DNA of 62,468 nt from an uncultured Acidimicrobiales bacterium (GCA_905477545.1 CAJQGN010000002.1:1-62468); one strand, 5' to 3'. Shown: positions 45,894-55,154, counted from the first letter of the stretch. Translations and numbers: made by a program. The notes: generated by a model not told the origin, from the letters alone.

Positions 45894-48854
45894 CTATTCA
45901 TCGTCAGAAACCGCCGAAATACTTTGAGGTGACAAACGTTCCATCATCGAAACTCGACGATCTTGCATCTCACGCCATGTCAGAGTCTTGACTTCATCAC
46001 GCACACCAACCGCCCGCCGTAAAGACACATCTGAAATATCTTTCGCTTCGACGGAAAACCCTATTTCCGTTGCTACACGAACACCATTCCGACCAAAAAA
46101 ACCCATCGCTATTTGAGAAAATTCGGCTAAGAGGTCCATATCTGGGTCAAGCTCTTGAACCACTGATGAAAGATAGGCAAAATTCTTTACGAAAAGCATC
46201 AGTTCTTTAGGAATTCGAGCTCCATGAGACAACAAGCCTCGAACCAGATTCCTGAACTCTGCAACAAATTCTTCCTCAGTAAGTTCTAACGGATCAAAGT
46301 CATCACGATCTAATTGGAACTCACTTATCAACAGCCCTATGTCAGTGTCAGAAGAAAAGGCTCCCAAATCACGAATCCCAGATACTTGAGCCTCCAAGTC
46401 GCCAGTCATTAGGCCAACAACATATCGCAGAAACGCGATTCGCCTTTCTCCATCAAGACGACCGGTTATACCAAAATCGACTAGTCCTACTTCTCCCTCG
46501 GTCCCTAGGAAAACATTTCCAGCATGAAAATCACCATGGAATATTCCATGAATCACAGCACCCTCAAGTAAACCATCCACCATTTGTCGAAAGATTCGCC
46601 GCACATCCACTGGTTCTATTGATAACGAGCTGAGATCTCCAAGCGGAACTCCGCTGACGCGACTCATTACAATTACCCGATCGGACACTAACTCTAGGTA
46701 TGGATCTGGCAGTTCCCAGCTATTTCGCGCGTTCGATTTTAAGGCTCGCCCAGTCTCAAACAAATTTGCCACTTCGAGTCGAAAATCTAACTCTTCACAG
46801 ATCGTCTCTGCAAACAGCTCAACTAATGCCGGCGGATTAGCCAAGGCGGCGACTGGTAACTTACCAACTAACCGGGGGGCGACCCACGCCATAACACGTA
46901 AGTCACTTGTAACCCGACGACGAATTTTAGACCGTTGGATTTTCACAACGACTGGTGTTCCATCTAATAATTGCGCCAAATGTACTTGCGCTATCGAAGC
47001 CGCAGCAATTGGAACACTCTCTACATTAAGAAAATTATTTTTTAACGGACCCAGGTCATTAACAAGTATTTTCTTTGCCTTTAACCAAGGTTCAGGGCTA
47101 ACTTGGTCCCGACATTTCCGACATTCTTCTACGAGCGCTTCTGGAAAAACTCCTTCAGCTGCCGAAATCAACTGCGCGAGCTTGACATAAGCAGGACCTT
47201 GTTTCTCACCAGCTCGAATAAGCCGCCTATAAAGAGATGCTCGGTTATCTAGATCATTTAATTTTCGGTCACAAACCTTCCATAAAATAACTGCTTTCCC
47301 AAAACGAAAAGCAGTCGTTATCAATCGCCCCAATGGAGGAAACTTTGGGCTCCTAATTAATTGTGGTATCGACGATCGAACTGAATCCCTAATAGTTGAA
47401 GCAGCACGTATCCATTCATCTTCGGGACTAGTAGAAACATCTCCAAAAACTTCCTCATTAGAAATATCAACAGCTTTAAAGGAAGAATCAATGCGAGGCT
47501 CATCACCTTTCTTAAAATTTTCCTCTATAGCAATATGTAATTCCGCAGGCCCCCAGATGCCCATTGACAGTGGCTTCCAGATAACCGGAGAAGTTAAACG
47601 AAAAGCGGGAACGAGCTCAACGAATGCAGTTAACGCCTCCTGTAACTCAGCTCGAGCTAAGGATGCGCCAAGACAATGATGTGCTCCTGCACCAAAAGCT
47701 AAATGCGGGCACCCCTTTGTTCTAGCAATATTAAACTCGTACCCATCATCCTCGGTCGATTCCGATAATCCTGCGGCATGAAGACCAAGCAAAACTGTTG
47801 TACCAGCTGGGAACCGAATACCATCGACCACTATGTCCCGTGCGGCTAATCTAGCCGTCGTCCGAACTGCACTGATGTAACGCAGCGACTCTTCAACTGC
47901 TGATGGAATAAGCGACGGATCCTCTCTCAGAGCCTCGTATTGATCGGGATGATCAGCTAAGACTGCAATCATTGCGCCTAGTTGGTTTCTAGTGGTATCT
48001 GTACCAGCAAGCAATATTGCTTGAACCATTGCAATGAGCTCATCGCTCGTTAACCGATCTTCCTCCTCTTTCCCTCGAATGAGTTCACTCAAAAGATCGT
48101 TCGTCGGTTCCTTGGACCTCTTTTCGATTAGCTCAAAGACATAAGCATCAAGTTCAGATTGAGCTTGTACAACGTCGTCCAAACGATCAATAACTGCCTC
48201 AGTATCAGCATCTAAAGCAGAAAAAATTATGTCCGCCCAATTATCGAACAGTCTCCAGTCAGCATCATCAACTCCAAGTAGTCGGCAGATTATTGGCACC
48301 GGATATGGTCGGCAGAACTCACTTACTAGTTCACCACTACCACGGTCACACATCGTTGAAATCAATGACTGTGCATGCGATTTCATAAAGGGACGCAGAT
48401 CTCTCGCCCCACCCATAGTAAAAGAACCGTTAACTAATTGACGCAAGCGGCGATGATCTTTACCTTCAACAGAAAGAACGTTTGGTCTTATTTTGAACGA
48501 ACTTGGCGCCTCAGGAACAGACAGCTGAGATCGGGACACAAACTCATTAAAGTCCGTCGACAATGAATCCATTTCTTCCAACATTGAAACGCCAGATAGA
48601 ACCGATATCCAATTGGGGTCTCTAAGAATGGACTTAACCTGTTTGAATCCTAGGACTAGGGGCCCCGCAGGGGTCGAGACCACCCAACCCGCCTCGGCAG
48701 CAAGTTTTTTACTTGCGGCGACAATTTCACCAAAATTTTGCGGCGAAATATTAACAAATGAAAGAGCCCCAGGATCATTTACATCAACTACATCTATCTG
48801 ATCAAAAGCCGAACCTATCTCATCCGCCATAGTTCTCAGACTCCTCAAAAACAT
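45894..48854 (-). CDS. cytochrome P450 fused to ABC1/UbiB/ADCK-type atypical kinase
   Basis: Uninterrupted 986-aa ORF. P450 half: LLAGTDTT (I-helix), EESLRY (ExxR), FGAGAHHCLGASLA (Cys ligand loop). ABC1 half: PIAAASIAQVHLAQLLDGTPVVVKIQR, DFRLEVANL, HGDFHAGNVF, LVDFG. Confidence 0.8.
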   Translation of the reverse strand: MFLRSLRTMADEIGSAFDQIDVVDVNDPGALSFVNISPQNFGEIVAASKKLAAEAGWVVSTPAGPLVLGFKQVKSILRDPNWISVLSGVSMLEEMDSLSTDFNEFVSRSQLSVPEAPSSFKIRPNVLSVEGKDHRRLRQLVNGSFTMGGARDLRPFMKSHAQSLISTMCDRGSGELVSEFCRPYPVPIICRLLGVDDADWRLFDNWADIIFSALDADTEAVIDRLDDVVQAQSELDAYVFELIEKRSKEPTNDLLSELIRGKEEEDRLTSDELIAMVQAILLAGTDTTRNQLGAMIAVLADHPDQYEALREDPSLIPSAVEESLRYISAVRTTARLAARDIVVDGIRFPAGTTVLLGLHAAGLSESTEDDGYEFNIARTKGCPHLAFGAGAHHCLGASLARAELQEALTAFVELVPAFRLTSPVIWKPLSMGIWGPAELHIAIEENFKKGDEPRIDSSFKAVDISNEEVFGDVSTSPEDEWIRAASTIRDSVRSSIPQLIRSPKFPPLGRLITTAFRFGKAVILWKVCDRKLNDLDNRASLYRRLIRAGEKQGPAYVKLAQLISAAEGVFPEALVEECRKCRDQVSPEPWLKAKKILVNDLGPLKNNFLNVESVPIAAASIAQVHLAQLLDGTPVVVKIQRSKIRRRVTSDLRVMAWVAPRLVGKLPVAALANPPALVELFAETICEELDFRLEVANLFETGRALKSNARNSWELPDPYLELVSDRVIVMSRVSGVPLGDLSSLSIEPVDVRRIFRQMVDGLLEGAVIHGIFHGDFHAGNVFLGTEGEVGLVDFGITGRLDGERRIAFLRYVVGLMTGDLEAQVSGIRDLGAFSSDTDIGLLISEFQLDRDDFDPLELTEEEFVAEFRNLVRGLLSHGARIPKELMLFVKNFAYLSSVVQELDPDMDLLAEFSQIAMGFFGRNGVRVATEIGFSVEAKDISDVSLRRAVGVRDEVKTLTWREMQDRRVSMMERLSPQSISAVSDDE

Positions 48855-48942
48855 TGATCTACATTTACGCCGTTTTTATTGTTCAACACCAGACACCAAG
48901 CTGCGATAAACTTGATGAAATAGTGTTTAACAACCAAGCAAT

Positions 48943-48958
48943 TATTTAGTGCTAAATA
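48943..48958. promoter_or_regulatory. perfect 7-2-7 palindrome, candidate operator
   Basis: TATTTAG-TG-CTAAATA in the 139-nt gap upstream of the P450-ABC1 gene. The surrounding sequence is AT-rich, so a chance occurrence is plausible. Confidence 0.2.
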
Positions 48959-48993
48959 TACAGGTATTTCCCTATTCCGACAGATTCAAGCGG

Positions 48994-50280
48994 TTAAACC
49001 TTATTTAAAATTGTTTCAGCGGCGCGACGGCCAGAGACCAACGCCCCTTGGATAGAAGGAGTGTCTCGATGATCACCACACACAAAACAATTATCTGAAA
49101 TTTCAAGTCGTCGTCGAAAAGGTCTACCTGGTTCGAACAATGGTTGACTATGGGCAATAGCGAAAGTCTTTAAATGGCGCCATTCATCTACGCATTCTCC
49201 AAACCACCGATGCATTTGACTGAGGACCTCACCTTCGGTGACGTCATTGTTTCCTGGCATAGCCGCAACGATCAACGCCTCTGTTCCTGTCGCGTAACTT
49301 GACGCTACGTTCGACAAAATAGCCATATTCCTTACTGGCCCCTGACCGTCTCCTGCAAGGAAAATAGCACTGTCTTTTGAGGGCGCCGCAGGAGCCGAGA
49401 AATACATGCATCTTTGAGAACGTGAATAAACAGTTTCGATTCCTAGAAGTTGCGATGCGCTAGGGCCATCGGTTGCCACAATTAACTGAGCCGGTTGAAA
49501 CTTCAGTCCGTTCTTAAGAAAAACGTCTCGACCCGCTATCGACTCAACCGGTGAATTCAACATAAGGCTATCTTCAGGTAAACGCTGAGACATTTGCTTC
49601 GGTATTTCACCCATTCCTCGACTTGGCAACGCAGCACTGCCACGAAACAAACAACCAAGAATATAAAACCCAAGCCGAGCCGATCCCTCAAGCCGAGGCG
49701 TTAACTGAATGCCAGAAAGAAGCGGAAAGAAAAAACTCCCAATTGCCTCTCGCGAAAAACCGAACTCTTGAAGCGCTAGCTCCATCGAAATATCAGACTT
49801 AGGTTCCCAAGACTTGCTTAATAAAATTCGCAACTTCAATAGTCTTAGCTTGTCCTTAGTCTTTAAGGAGCGAGAGAGCGCAGCTGGAAAAACAGCCAAA
49901 GGTCTTTTCGCTGGATCTATTAAACGACTTAATTTATCTTCTTTCACCAGCACGGCACCAGACTCGAAATAACACAGATCCAGTGCATCTAGATCAACAT
50001 GTCGCTCAAGCTCTGGGTAAGCAGTCAACAGAACTTGAAATCCGCGGTCAAAAAGAAATTCTCCATGAACATCAGTACGAACCCGACCGCCCACTTCACC
50101 AGCTGCTTCGATAACTAGGACTTCTCTCTTATTTGCTTTAAGAAAAGAAGCTGCCGCTAAGCCGGCTAGGCCCGCCCCAACTATTAGCGTTTCAGGGCTA
50201 GAGCTATTTTTTGGCTCTCGATGAATACTCACAGTCAAAGGCTTACCTGCAAAAAACTTGGCTGTCGAAAACAAACTCAA
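48994..50280 (-). CDS. NAD(P)/FAD-dependent oxidoreductase (amine-oxidase / CrtI-like fold)
   Basis: 428 aa. Dinucleotide motif LIVGAGLAGLAAA followed by VLVIEA...VGGR. The TTG start is uncertain. Confidence 0.75.
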   Translation of the reverse strand: MSLFSTAKFFAGKPLTVSIHREPKNSSSPETLIVGAGLAGLAAASFLKANKREVLVIEAAGEVGGRVRTDVHGEFLFDRGFQVLLTAYPELERHVDLDALDLCYFESGAVLVKEDKLSRLIDPAKRPLAVFPAALSRSLKTKDKLRLLKLRILLSKSWEPKSDISMELALQEFGFSREAIGSFFFPLLSGIQLTPRLEGSARLGFYILGCLFRGSAALPSRGMGEIPKQMSQRLPEDSLMLNSPVESIAGRDVFLKNGLKFQPAQLIVATDGPSASQLLGIETVYSRSQRCMYFSAPAAPSKDSAIFLAGDGQGPVRNMAILSNVASSYATGTEALIVAAMPGNNDVTEGEVLSQMHRWFGECVDEWRHLKTFAIAHSQPLFEPGRPFRRRLEISDNCFVCGDHRDTPSIQGALVSGRRAAETILNKV

Positions 50281-50417
50281 TTTTGGTTAACAAATTGTTG
50301 CTAAGAAAGAATTTCACAAGCTTCATATAGGAAAGTTCTCCCTGTTATAAGTCGCCTGTACGCTACGAGGAAGTCGATCTTTAGGTCTTTCATCTAGATC
50401 TCTATCGAACTTCTGTA

Positions 50418-50490
50418 GGGCCGCTAGCTCATCTGGTAGAGCAGGGGACTTTTAATCCCAAGGTGCCGGGTTCAAGCCCCGGGCGGCCTA
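50418..50490 (+). tRNA. tRNA-Lys (anticodon TTT)
   Basis: Hand-folded 73-nt cloverleaf. Acceptor GGGCCGC/GCGGCCT, anticodon loop CT-TTT-AA, T-arm CCGGG-TTCAAGC-CCCGG. CCA is not encoded. Confidence 0.9.
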
Positions 50491-50558
50491 CAACTACAAA
50501 TCACTTCAAGTAAATCAAAAGCTAGCTCTTAGGCGATGGTTGAACTCGCAGTGAACAA

Positions 50559-51044
50559 CTACTTATTGGTCAATCCAGGAACTGCCTGAGCGTTAATCAC
50601 TCTCAGCAACTCTTTCGGACTGATCGAAATTTCTAAACCTCTTCTACCACCGCTGCAATACAGAATTTCATAATTGTTAGCAGATTCATCGATCAGAGTT
50701 CGTAACGTTGTGCGGGTTCCTAACGGGCTAATCCCTCCCACCACATAGCCAGTCACTCTCTCCGCATCAACCCCACTCGCCAAGAAAGCCTTCTTTGCCT
50801 TCATTACCGACGACACAACTTTTAAATTTACGGTCTTAACAACTGGTACTAAAACCATAACCAGCTCGCTTTTTAAATCAGTTCGAATCAAATTCACCAC
50901 AAGCGTTTTAAATACTTGTTCTGAAGCCACTTTTAAAGCTTCAACTACTTCAAGCCCGTAACTCTTGTGTGAAGGATCATGTTTATAAGAATGAACTCCT
51001 ACTTCAATACCTAACGAGGCAACAAGATCAAGAGCCGGAGTCAC
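50559..51044 (-). CDS. ybaK: YbaK/EbsC-type Cys-tRNA(Pro)/aminoacyl-tRNA deacylase
   Basis: YVVGGISPLG motif and YbaK-like length (161 aa) if it starts at the GTG at 51044 (MTPALDL...). The ORF track extends to 51095. Confidence 0.75.
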   Translation of the reverse strand: MTPALDLVASLGIEVGVHSYKHDPSHKSYGLEVVEALKVASEQVFKTLVVNLIRTDLKSELVMVLVPVVKTVNLKVVSSVMKAKKAFLASGVDAERVTGYVVGGISPLGTRTTLRTLIDESANNYEILYCSGGRRGLEISISPKELLRVINAQAVPGLTNK

Positions 51045-51046
51045 TA

Positions 51047-51328
51047 TCAGCCGCCATCTTCGACTAGGTACATTGTGTTTTCTCGTTGTTTCCAATATCT
51101 AAGATCTATCTCATCGGCTTCAAAACGTCGTCGATGCAATCTCGATACAGCAGATCTACGAAGCTGAACCACTCGGGTGTCTTCACCTTTCTGCATACGA
51201 AAAAAATTCATTTCTCGAACTGCTGACTGAGTTATTAGATAATTTCTCGAACCCACGTGATCTGAATTTTCACGATCTCTTAGAGAAGGATGTTGCGACA
51301 ATGACCTGGGGAAACGACGGTTTTGCAT
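51047..51328 (-). CDS. hypothetical Arg-rich small protein (93 aa, or 54 aa from the ATG at 51211)
   Basis: It fills the dut-ybaK gap on the same strand. Its TGA lies 2 nt from the proposed ybaK GTG. No motif recognised. Confidence 0.3.
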   Translation of the reverse strand: MQNRRFPRSLSQHPSLRDRENSDHVGSRNYLITQSAVREMNFFRMQKGEDTRVVQLRRSAVSRLHRRRFEADEIDLRYWKQRENTMYLVEDGG

Positions 51329-51367
51329 ACCTGCTAGTTATAACTCTGAGCTGGGACAATAAATCCA

Positions 51368-51832
51368 TTAACGCCCCGAGTGCCCAAACCCACCCGTACC
51401 ACGAACTGAAGAACCTAAATCATCAACTAAATCCCATTCAGCCTGCTCCACAGCTTGAATTACCAACTGCGCAATCCGGTCTCCGCGCCGCACTTCGTAA
51501 TCATTTTCAGGGTCAGTATTAATTAGTAAGACTTTCAATTCATCTCGATACCCGCTATCAATCAAGCCAGGAGAATTAAGACATGTAACACCATGTTTTA
51601 AGGCCAATCCGCTCCTCGGTTGAATAAAGCCTGCGAATCCGTCCGGAATGGCAATAGCGATACCAGTAGCGACCAAGGCACGACCACCCCCAGCGGTCAG
51701 GAATAAACTTTCAGCCGCTACTAAATCAGCTCCGGCATCACCCGGTTTGGCATAAGTAGGTAAAGCTATTTCAGAATCTAAACGTCGAATCGGTAGTGAG
51801 ATCACAATTAAGACTTTAGGCATAAGAAACAC
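51368..51832 (-). CDS. dut: dUTP diphosphatase
   Basis: Motifs GDAGADL, PRSGLALKHG, GLIDSGYRDE and RGTGGFGHSG. Confidence 0.9.
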   Translation of the reverse strand: MFLMPKVLIVISLPIRRLDSEIALPTYAKPGDAGADLVAAESLFLTAGGGRALVATGIAIAIPDGFAGFIQPRSGLALKHGVTCLNSPGLIDSGYRDELKVLLINTDPENDYEVRRGDRIAQLVIQAVEQAEWDLVDDLGSSVRGTGGFGHSGR

Positions 51833-51881
51833 TTAGCTGGAGTATCCTCCTCTCAGTGCCTGGACAGCGTACGATGCCATT

Positions 51882-52433
51882 GTGCTTGTATGGATGGATT
51901 TAGAAATGACTGGCCTCGAACCCAAACGCCATGTCATCGTGGAAATCGCAACAATCGTTACTGACAACAACCTTCAAATTATTGCTGAGGGTCCCGAACT
52001 AGTTGTTCACGCTACAGAGACACAACTCTCAGAGATGGATGACTATGTCACTAAAATGCACACTCAATCGGGGCTAATTCACCAAATAAGAGATTCGCAA
52101 ACAACACTTCAAGAAGCTGGACAATCGACTTTAGAATTTATAAAAAAATATGTTCCCAACCCTCGGACCGTTCCACTGTGTGGGAACTCCATAGGCACAG
52201 ATAGAAGATTTTTAGATGCATATCTACCAGAAATAGAAAATTATCTGCACTACCGATCAATAGATGTTTCCACGATTAAAGAACTGGCGCGCCGATGGCA
52301 ACCGGCAATCTTAAAATCGCTCCCTCATAAAAAAACTTCACATCGAGCATTAGATGACATTCGAGAAAGCATTAGCGAACTCCGTCATTACCATGATCAT
52401 TTTTTTCTGATCCCAGATACTTCCGAGGCATAA
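51882..52433 (+). CDS. orn: oligoribonuclease
   Basis: 183 aa. DEDDh motifs LVWMDLEMTGL and HRALDDIRESI. Confidence 0.9.
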   Translation: MLVWMDLEMTGLEPKRHVIVEIATIVTDNNLQIIAEGPELVVHATETQLSEMDDYVTKMHTQSGLIHQIRDSQTTLQEAGQSTLEFIKKYVPNPRTVPLCGNSIGTDRRFLDAYLPEIENYLHYRSIDVSTIKELARRWQPAILKSLPHKKTSHRALDDIRESISELRHYHDHFFLIPDTSEA

Positions 52434-52472
52434 AATCAAATATTAGTTAGAGAATAAGCTAGAATCTTCGCC

Positions 52473-53561
52473 GTGAATCTTTCAGTACGCGAGGAACAAC
52501 AACCACCTGACCAAAAAGTTGTTGAAATAGCGAAAAACATCCGCCGGCTTCAGTTGCCTATGTCAATGCCGGGCTTAGGCCACGTTAATTGTTACATACT
52601 CGATGACGAGAATGGAGCTGCACTTGTAGATCCAGGGCTTCCAGGACCTCAAAACTGGAAAGCTCTTATGGCCGGGCTTAAGCAAGCAGAACTCCCGCCT
52701 GAACGCGTACATTCCATAATTATCACCCATAGTCACCCTGACCACTTCGGAGCATCTGGGCATTTTAGAGAGCAATACGGTGCCGAGATAATCACCCACA
52801 AAAATTTTAAACTTTGGTGGGACACTGCGGATGAAGACGATGATGTGGTGGAGTCAGTTGACAACGACGGAGACAACTCCGAAATTCTAGACAACACGCT
52901 ATTTCTCAACCGTGAAACGGGCCCTCGTGCTCCAACTCCATGGGGAGGTAAACGCTATAAATTGCCTCTGCATCGCCGCCTCGGTTATAGCTTTATGAAA
53001 CATGGCTGGGGTGGCAGGTGGTTTGCTACACCTCAACCAACTTCACATCTTGAAGATGCCGATCATATTTCATTAGCCGGCAGAGAGTTTGTCGCTGTAC
53101 ACACGCCCGGCCACACTCCAGATCACCTCTGTCTTTATGATCCTGAAGAAGAGGTAATGATTTGTGGTGACCACGTTCTCCCAACAATTACGCCGCACAT
53201 ATCAGGCATGGGAACAGCTCTTGATCCACTAAAAGATTTCTTCACAAGTCTGGACCGCGTTAAGGAATTTAACTCAGTAAAACTTGGGTTACCTGCTCAC
53301 GGCCAACCATTTACAGATCTACCAGGACGAGTTACAGATATTAAACGGCATCATGAAGAAAGACTTCAACTGCTTAGAGACTCATCAGATCGACTCGGAC
53401 GCGCACCAGTCGATCGCTATATGAAGGAACTTTTTAAAGAAAGATCCTGGGGGCCAATGGCCGAATCTGAAACCTTCGCTCATTTAGAGCACCTTCGATA
53501 CGTCGGTGAAACCGACGCAACGAGAAACAATACAGGCGCTATAGAGTACTCGTTCCGGTAG
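52473..53561 (+). CDS. MBL-fold metallo-hydrolase
   Basis: 362 aa with THSHPDHFG and a later HTPGHTPDH. It contains an acidic insert (DTADEDDDVVESVDNDGDN). Confidence 0.8.
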   Translation: MNLSVREEQQPPDQKVVEIAKNIRRLQLPMSMPGLGHVNCYILDDENGAALVDPGLPGPQNWKALMAGLKQAELPPERVHSIIITHSHPDHFGASGHFREQYGAEIITHKNFKLWWDTADEDDDVVESVDNDGDNSEILDNTLFLNRETGPRAPTPWGGKRYKLPLHRRLGYSFMKHGWGGRWFATPQPTSHLEDADHISLAGREFVAVHTPGHTPDHLCLYDPEEEVMICGDHVLPTITPHISGMGTALDPLKDFFTSLDRVKEFNSVKLGLPAHGQPFTDLPGRVTDIKRHHEERLQLLRDSSDRLGRAPVDRYMKELFKERSWGPMAESETFAHLEHLRYVGETDATRNNTGAIEYSFR

Positions 53562-53719
53562 CTATTTGTGAGGTTTTTACGACTAGAAACAGTTACTAAA
53601 CCAGAAATATCTAGTCTGTTGAAGTCGTCAACATAAGCTTCGGGCCTGCAACAGTTCGCTCCTTTAACACAATCCAAACATTTGCGGTTACGGTGTTTAA
53701 ATAAGAACAACGGATCAAC

Positions 53720-54277
53720 TTGATGACTTTCTTAGGTATTGAATCACCCAGACGTAAGCGTCTTATTTTCTTACTTACAACGTACATAATCATCGCCACT
53801 GTTTTTCTTTTTTCAGGTCAAGGTGGCCCGAGTACTTCAAAACTCGATGACGACGTTCTGGGTTCACAAAATACCGAAACTATTTATTCATCAATTTTTA
53901 CCAATTTCAAAGGCGTTAACAAGTCGCTAAAAATATTTAAAGGCCAACCACTAATTATTAATTTTTTCGCGTCTTGGTGCACTCCATGTGTACAAGAAAT
54001 GCCAGATTTCGAAAAAATCCATCAGGAATTTGGAGATGAAGTAACTATTCTTGGCCTTGCAATAGAGGGGATCACCCAAGCACAAAAAATCGTAAAAACC
54101 ACCGGAGTAACATACCAGACAGGTATTGACGACAGTGACTTGCTCGCCGAATTCGGTGGGATAGCAATGCCAACAACTATCTTTGTTTCGATCGAAGGTT
54201 TAATTGTTGATCGCTACAGTGGTGTCTTAACTTATGAAGATCTGCGCAACAAAATGACGACAGAGTTTGGCATATGA
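53720..54277 (+). CDS. TlpA/ResA-like membrane-anchored thiol-disulfide oxidoreductase
   Basis: 185 aa. N-terminal TM anchor and thioredoxin motif WCTPC. It overlaps ccdA by 4 nt. Confidence 0.8.
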   Translation: MMTFLGIESPRRKRLIFLLTTYIIIATVFLFSGQGGPSTSKLDDDVLGSQNTETIYSSIFTNFKGVNKSLKIFKGQPLIINFFASWCTPCVQEMPDFEKIHQEFGDEVTILGLAIEGITQAQKIVKTTGVTYQTGIDDSDLLAEFGGIAMPTTIFVSIEGLIVDRYSGVLTYEDLRNKMTTEFGI

Positions 54278-55128
54278 CATCAGCAAGTCTTACTTTCGCA
54301 TTTACTGCCGGTTTAGTTGCAACCATCAACCCTTGTGGGTTCGCAATGCTTCCGGCTTATCTCTCCTATTTTCTTGGAACAGAAGAAGCAGAAGCTCTTA
54401 ATGAAAAAACTGGTATCGGACGAGCCCTAATAACTGGCTTAACAGTCTCGTCTGGATTCGTAGCGGTTTTCAGCATTATCGGATTGCTCGTATCTGCCGG
54501 TCTTAGCGCTGTGCGCCAGGTCGTTCCATGGCTCACCATCTTTATTGGGAGTACTCTCATAGCTCTCGGAATAGCTTTTATTCTTGGCTATCGTTTAAGA
54601 ATTTTTCTTCCTAATTTTAAAGAGGGCCCTGATAACCGGAATCTTAAATCGCTCTTTTTCTTTGGGGTCAGCTACGCAATCGCTTCTATTTCTTGCGGAT
54701 TGCCAACTTTTATCGTGGTCGTATCGACCTCCGCAAATAACTTCACAACCGGCCTTATTTCTTTTTTTGCTTATTCAATCGGAATGGCGTTAGTGCTAAC
54801 TGCACTGACGATAAGTCTGGCAATAGCGCGACAATCGCTACTTGTTAAACTTCGATTGTTTCTTCCAAAAGTTGACCGCTTGGCGGGCTCCTTAATGATT
54901 ATGGCTGGAATGTATCTAGTTGTGTTTTGGATTACTGAACGACTAGGAGCTAGCCCTAACCGAGTCATTCTTGAAGTGGAAAGCTGGAGCGCCAGTCTTA
55001 GTAACCAGATATCGAATATAGGCGGAGTGCGTGTGGGCGTATCTCTCAGCATTATTGTGTCAGCCGCTATGATTTTCTTACTATCAAGTCCGAAAGAGAA
55101 TCAACTTACTGATGATTCATCAACTTAA
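54274..55128 (+). CDS. ccdA: cytochrome c biogenesis thiol-reductant transporter CcdA (DsbD family)
   Basis: 284-aa polytopic ORF with conserved Cys contexts TINPCGFAMLP and IASISCGLP. Confidence 0.8.
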   Translation: MTSASLTFAFTAGLVATINPCGFAMLPAYLSYFLGTEEAEALNEKTGIGRALITGLTVSSGFVAVFSIIGLLVSAGLSAVRQVVPWLTIFIGSTLIALGIAFILGYRLRIFLPNFKEGPDNRNLKSLFFFGVSYAIASISCGLPTFIVVVSTSANNFTTGLISFFAYSIGMALVLTALTISLAIARQSLLVKLRLFLPKVDRLAGSLMIMAGMYLVVFWITERLGASPNRVILEVESWSASLSNQISNIGGVRVGVSLSIIVSAAMIFLLSSPKENQLTDDSST

Positions 55129-55154
55129 AACTACGTTCTCAAGGAATTCTTAAA

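Noticed and set aside
50418-51100. tRNA-Lys as an integration hotspot for a mobile element
   Set aside because: There is no integrase, no duplicated tRNA 3' segment and no foreign-looking genes downstream. The neighbours are ybaK and dut.
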